A stretch of DNA of 64,000 nt from Octopus vulgaris (Eukaryota): NCBI GenBank assembly GCA_951406725.2, contig OX597835.1:29760001-29824000 (forward strand), read 5' to 3'. The notes under the pieces are model-generated. The model worked only from the letters and a program-made list of their open reading frames with translations, searched no databases and was not told where the DNA came from. Position 1 is the first letter of the stretch, and each line of letters starts with the position of its first letter. Shown one piece after another: positions 57,246-64,000 of this stretch. Position numbers and translations under genes: made by a program.

Positions 57246-57748
57246 ATAGTGAGGGAGAGAGTAAAAGATGCTGTTATTGAGAAATAAAGTGTGTAAACAT
57301 ACATACGTACGCACACACGCACACATATATAGTCACAGAGTTATACAGTTCTTTATGTATGCATATTTATTTATATACATACATATAAATATATGTATAC
57401 ACACACACGCATATATATAGTTGAGGTTATAAGAGATAATGGTGTCAGTGAGACCCAACGGTGTCAATTAATGCTGAATAAGTGCTATAGACAGACCATA
57501 GTTAAGTTCCAGATTCGGTAATATTGCGAATAAAGGGTTCAACGTTGGTTCTATATCATCTCTCTCTATATAAACGCATGTGTATATAAGAATCTTGCGT
57601 AATAAGATTAAAAAAAAAAATCAAAGGCTGTATAGATATTAGAGCATTTATAGATATATATTTATGTATGTATGTATGTATGTATGTATGTATGTATATA
57701 TATATATATATATATATATAAATATATATATATATATTTATGTAAATG

Positions 57749-57785
<37 letters not shown>

Positions 57786-57789
57786 TTAA

Positions 57790-58065
57790 GTGCTCTAAGA
57801 CTGCTGCCATGCCTCTATGTTACGGGGATGTAAACACACTAACACCGGTTGTCAAACGGTGGGGGGGGGGGAGAAATACAAACACAAATATAAATATATA
57901 CGACAGGCTTCATTCGATTTCCGTCTACCAAATCCACTCACAAGGCATTGATTGGCCGATGACTATAGTAGAAGACACTTACCCAAGGTGCCACGCAGTG
58001 GGATTGAACGCAGAACAATGTGATTGAGAAACGAGCTTTTTACCACACAACCACGGCTGAGCCTA
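57790..58065 (-). mobile_element. SINE family 2, diverged and internally deleted
   Basis: ccgtctaccaaatccactcacaaggc...ccacgcagtggg. Confidence 0.8.
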
Positions 58066-58304
58066 AGTGTGTAGACATTTATGCGAACAAATAAAACTGC
58101 TTAGGTTTGATAAGCAAATCTCTATTTTTTCTAAAATATAACGTGTCTTGAATGGCACAACAATGCCGAATGGACTATAATAACTGTTATAATTTAATTA
58201 TCCATAGTCTGATATAATAATAATATTTTGGAATACAAAAGTTCCTTCTTCAGATATCGCTAGTAATTGATCGAGTCACTGCTATAATCGATTTTCCAAC
58301 GGTT

Positions 58305-58712
58305 CTTCTTTTACTTGTTTCAGTCATTTGACTGCGGCCATGCTGGAGCACCACCTTTAGTCGAGCAAATCGACCTCGGGACTTATTTTTTGTAAGCCCA
58401 GTACTTATTCTATCGGTCTCTTTTTGCCGAACTGCTAAGTGACGGGGACGTAAACACACCAGCATCGGTTGTCAAGCAATGGTAGGGGGACAAACAAAAA
58501 CACACAAACACACAAACACACACGCATACATATTTATATACATATATACGACAGGCTTCTTTCAGTTTCCGTCTACCAAATCCACTCACAAGGCATTGGT
58601 CGGCCCGGGGCTATAACAGAAGACACTTGGCGAAGATGCCACGCAGTGGGACTGAACCCGGAACCATGTGGTTGGTTAGCAAGCTACTTACCACACAGCC
58701 ACTCCTGCGCCT
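58305..58712 (-). mobile_element. SINE family 2, full length
   Basis: ttttacttgtttcagtcatttgactgcgg...cacagccactcctgcgcct. Confidence 0.92.
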
Positions 58713-59561
58713 CGGAAGCGCCTCTGCAGTGGTCTCACGAAGCTCCTTCCAGAATTCCTCATGAGAAGTGCATGAGGGCGACCATGTCTCAAGCTTGTGT
58801 GTGCTGGCACATCCGTAGCGCTGCTTCTAAGTTATGTATTGTACGTGCAGTTTCTTTTCTCTCTCTCTCTTTTATATAATACATGAGCATGTTATAAAAA
58901 ATGAACCTACACGCATCTAGATGTAGCTAAGTAATATACTGATTGCTAACCTGATTGTTAATTTGGGGGCCCTAGTCTGAATTAAGGATAGCTTCTTTCA
59001 TTCTTAGATTATGCAAATTTCTTTCATCTTTTTGTGAGTATTTGTAAATAAAGAGAAAGAAACAATAGAGAATTTTCAGATTATGGTTATTCAAGTATAA
59101 ATATATAGATATTTATATAATAATATAGCAAACTTACACAGAATACAAACGACAGAGAAAATTAAAGGGGAGAAGTTATGGTGTCCGACAGCTGTTTCTG
59201 GGGGGCTCAGACATCCTTAATAATGTTGACAGATGTAGTTCATCACAATATGCAACCTGTAATGGAAGTAAATAAACACTGGATGAATTCAGCTTCCGTC
59301 TTCAAGGTGGAGAGATAAAAATCTGACATTTCAGATCACGATGGAAAGAAGTTTAAATGCGTAATAGATAAAGTGGAGGTAAGTAGTAAAGGGGAAAGGA
59401 GAAATGAAGTTGGTAGCTCGGTGTGGGTGTAGGAAGTGTTAAAACAGAGAGAGAGAAAGAGAAAGAGATACATACATATAAACGTCCCTTACAGACGTAT
59501 CTATGTGTGTATCTCTCTCTCTTTATGTATTTATGTATGCATATATATATTCTCTTTCTCT

Positions 59562-59772
59562 TTCTCTTTTACTTGTTTCAGTCATTTGACTGCGGCCATG
59601 CTGGAGCACCGCCTTTAATCGAGCAACTCGACCCCAGGACTTATTCTTTTGTAAGCCCAGTACTTATTCTATCGGTCTCGTTTGCCGAACCGCTAAGTAA
59701 CAGGGACATAAACACACCAGCATTGGTTGTCAAGCAATGCTAGGGGGACAAACACAAGCACACAAACACACA

Positions 59773-59852
<80 letters not shown>

Positions 59853-60011
59853 TACGACGGGCTTCTTTCAGTTTCCGTCTACCAAATCCACTCACAAGGC
59901 TTTGGTCGGCCCGAGGCTATAGTAGAAGGCACTTGCCCAAGGTGCCACGCAGTGGGACTGAACCCGGAACCATGTTGTTGGTAAACAAGCTACTTACCAC
60001 ACAGCCACTCC

Positions 60012-60012
<1 letters not shown>
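59562..60012 (-). mobile_element. SINE family 2, near full length
   Basis: Same structure with an expanded internal (TA)n. Confidence 0.92.
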
Positions 60013-60065
<53 letters not shown>

Positions 60066-60824
60066 TTAATACACAACCGAAAGAGCTTCTAATAGTTTCA
60101 TGCTTTTATGATACTTTAGCTAAGCACATTTATAAAATACGTCATGTATTTCCAAAAAATGTAAACTGGTATATGCAAAAGTAGTTGGCGTATTTTTTCT
60201 TAAATGAATTTCGCATTTACTGATGTACTTTTGCTTTTGAATTTCATTATTTTAGAACTCTGAGGTGACTTCAGCTTCAGAAGCCATCGAGCTAATCATG
60301 TATGATTAAACCACTGAGCTATTCGAATGGGCAAGTTTCTGCATCTCGACAGTTACAGCATAGAGTGAGCACTTGGTGTGACTAGCGATTCATAATATTT
60401 TCCATGTCGGGGCAGCAGCTGTATGAAACTTTCATTGGATGTCTATTAAAATTTTTCTTGTATCTATGGTTATCTGGGAAATGCTTATCTATTAAGCTTC
60501 AAATGAAAAGATGGGACAAGCAATATAATCTTCCTAGTTCTGTTTTTAGGCTTCATATTTTTAAGTATAGGGTTGTTATCTTTTCTTTGAAACCACATGA
60601 TATTCTCTATCAATAAATGAAAAGTAATTTTTTTCTTTTCTACTTGCTTCAATCATGCGGTCAAGCTGGGGTACAGCTTGCAAGAGCAATCCTAGTCGTT
60701 ATTTTAAGTCTGGAACTTATTCAACAGGCTTCTTCTATTTCCCCGAACTGTTTGGTTACAGGAGACATAGACAAACCAACACCAGTTGGCAAGTGGTGAC
60801 AGTCTTTCACAAAGATGCACCCGC

Positions 60825-61215
<391 letters not shown>

Positions 61216-61564
61216 GAGTTCAGCTCACGTTATTCTATCCATCGCCATTCCCACGACACCACTCACTGATTCCCACCCCCCCAGCCTCACTCACCCCACT
61301 ACTATCCACCCCACCCCACCGCCCTCACTGAAGTCTCAACCATTTCAAAACAACAGCTTTATTTAGACAATTCTAACCATCTGACAACAGTCGTTAAGCA
61401 TCAAGCGTTATATTTTGTGTTCTTCCCTTCTTAACTAATCAAGCAAAAGAATGGACAGGAAGTGGCAAGGAAGGAGGGGTGGGTCGAAATGAAACGACTG
61501 GCTGGCAGGTTGGCTGGCTGGCGAGATGGCTGGCTTGCTGTTCGGCTGGTCGGTTGGTCTAATC

Positions 61565-62695
61565 AAAGGGGTTCTCGATCACATTCTTTATCTATAGACC
61601 GCTTAGATTACATTTTTTTCATCTTGATGACCCCCCCCCCCCCCCCCGTAGATGGTTAAAAACTAGTGGAGGCACATGGCTCCACCTGTTTACTATTTTG
61701 CTTGCATGGACCCCATTGACTACCATTTTATTCTAGTGGACCCCCATAGCCATTTGAGGTATAAAAACGAGTTTTATAGAAACTTCTTTCAAAATCCCTA
61801 TTTTGTTATTCACACATTAACTTGTTTAGGTTGAACCATATAAAATGTTAAAGAAAGAATCCCAGCTGTTTCTTGCAATACGTAACAATACATTCACCTA
61901 AAGATGGAATTCTCAACCATTTTTTAATCCTTGAAGCCTTTTGATTACTATTTCATTCTGGTGGATCCCCATAGCCATTTCAGGTTTTAAAACTAGTTTT
62001 GTAGAAATTTCTTTCAAAATCCCTATTTTTTTTCATCCATTTAACTTGTGCAGGTTGAACCATGTCAAATGTTAGAGAAAGAAGCTCAGCTGTTTCATGC
62101 AATGCATAACAATACATTTATGGCTGTGTGGTAAGTAGCTTGCTAACCAACCACATGGTTCCAGGTTCAGTCCCACTGCGTGGCATCTTGGGCAAATGAC
62201 TTCTGCTATAGCCCTGGGCCGACCAAAGCCTTGTGAGTGGATTTGGTAGACGGAAACTGAAAGAAGCCCGTCGTATATATGTATATATATATGTGTGTGT
62301 GTGTATGTATTTGTGTGTCTGTGTTTGTCCCACTAGCATTGCTTGACAACCGATGCTGGTGTGTTTACGTCCCCGTCAATTAGCGGTTCGGCAAAAGAGA
62401 CCGATAGAATAAGTACTGGGCTTACAAAGAATAAGTCCCGGAGTCGATTTGCTCGACTAAAGGCGGTGCTGCAGCATGGCCGCAGTCAAATGACTGAAAC
62501 AAGTAAAAGAGTAAAGAGTAAGAGTAAAGAGACCCAGCTCTTTCTTACATACCAATCTATGCATCTAAAGCAAATTTTTTTCAGGGGCTCTTAAAATACT
62601 ATTGTGGATCCCCAATTTACTATTTTCTAGCGTGACCCTCCTCACAATTCTTATATGGACCCTTAGAGATCATATGGATCCCAGTTGGAAAGTGA
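61565..62695. mobile_element. Old non-autonomous DNA element (possibly hAT-like) with an internal duplication, interrupted by a SINE
   Basis: Multiple tggacccc/tggatccc motifs; 61735-61895 duplicated at 61960-62118. Confidence 0.45.
62121..62530 (+). mobile_element. SINE family 2
   Basis: tggctgtgtggtaagtagcttgc...aagtaaaagagtaaagag. Confidence 0.92.
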
Positions 62696-62725
62696 TTAGG
62701 ATATGAAAGAGATCTCTCTCACTCA

Positions 62726-63369
62726 TTTCTTCTTCTTCATCTTCTTTCCTTCTTCCAGTTCTTCTTCTTCTTCTTCTTCTTCTTCTTCTTCTTCTTCTTC
62801 TTCTTCTTCTTCTTTCTTCTTTTTCTTCTTCTTCTTCTTCTTCTTCTTCTTCTTCTTCATCATCATCTTTCTTCTTCCTCTTCTTCTTCTTTCTTCTTCT
62901 TCTTTCTTCTTTCTCATCTTCTTCTTTCTTCTTCCTCCTCTTCTTCTTTCTTCTTCCTCTTCTTCTTCTTTCTTCTTCCTCTTCTTCTTTCTTCTTCTTC
63001 CTTCTTCTTCTTTCTTCTTCTTCTTCTTCCTCTTCTTCTTTCTTCTTCTTCCTCCTCTTCTTCTTCCTCCTCTTCTTCTTTCTTCTTCCTCTTCTTCTTT
63101 CTTCTTCTTCCTTCTTCTTCTTTCTTCTTATTCTTCTTCTTCCTCTTCTTATTCTTCTTCTTCCTTCTTCTTCTTTCTTGTTCCTTTTCTTCTTCCTCTT
63201 CTTCTTCTTTCTTCTTCCTTCTTCTTCTTCTTCTTCTTCTTCCTTCTTCTTCTTCCTTCTTCTTCTTTCTTCTTCTTTCTTCTTCCTCTTCTTCTTTCTT
63301 CTTCTTCCTTCTTCTTTCTTCTTCCTTTTCTTCTTCCTCTTCTTTCTTCTTTCTTCTTCCTTCTCCTCC

Positions 63370-63400
<31 letters not shown>

Positions 63401-63418
63401 CTTCTCCTTCTTCTTCTC

Positions 63419-63464
<46 letters not shown>

Positions 63465-63546
63465 TTTTCTTCTTCTTCTTCTTCTTCTTCTTCTTCTTCT
63501 TCTTCTTCTTCTTCTTCTTCTTCTTCTTCTTCTTCTTCTTCGTCTT
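62726..63546. repeat. ~820-bp degenerate (TTC)n polypyrimidine tract
   Basis: Directly visible; source of the E/K/R and F/S/L ORFs. Confidence 0.95.
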
Positions 63547-63934
63547 CCAGTCGGTTGTTAGGTTGGTTGGTTGGCTACACGGCTTGAAAGTTGAGCGTGG
63601 ACTGGCCTTCAGCCTAGCTGTTCGACGGCTGAGCTGATTGGAGGCTCTTCACGAGGAATGGCAACATATTACAAGCTTCACAATAATGGTAAAAGCGACG
63701 ATAACGACTAAAAAAGAAAAAAAACGAAAAGCAACAACAACAATAACAATGAAGATAACTACATCTATAAGAACAACAACAATAGTAATAATGAAAAAAA
63801 TGAAAACGCCGAGACAAAGAATAAAAAAAAGCACATTTCTCAAGAGAATATCCCAAAGATTATCTTGATCTGCAAAACCTCAATAGATCTAGTTACAACA
63901 ACAACAACTACTACAACTGCTGCTGCTGCTGCTG

Positions 63935-63968
<34 letters not shown>

Positions 63969-64000
63969 AGCCGCTGATGGTACTACTATTACATCTCTAT

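Overview
Eukaryotic, AT-rich, extremely microsatellite-rich DNA whose repeat content looks like a coleoid cephalopod (Octopus-like) intron or intergenic region; the taxon is inferred from repeat style. No host protein-coding gene can be supported, and almost all listed ORFs are microsatellite artefacts. The window holds a young L1/Tx1-clade LINE 3' half (1-2326) and dozens of copies of four tRNA-headed SINE families with swappable tails. It also holds decayed mariner, maT-like and Chapaev3-like transposases, fragments of RTE, CR1, R4-like and Penelope retroelements, and several MITEs. The most interesting signals are: (i) small Penelope-type elements carrying minimal hammerhead-ribozyme motifs, including two long fold-backs with a hammerhead on each strand, one with a compensated G3-C8 core swap; (ii) hammerhead cassettes repeatedly nested in the internal microsatellite of one SINE family; (iii) a SINE tail matching the 3' terminus of the Tx1-like LINE.
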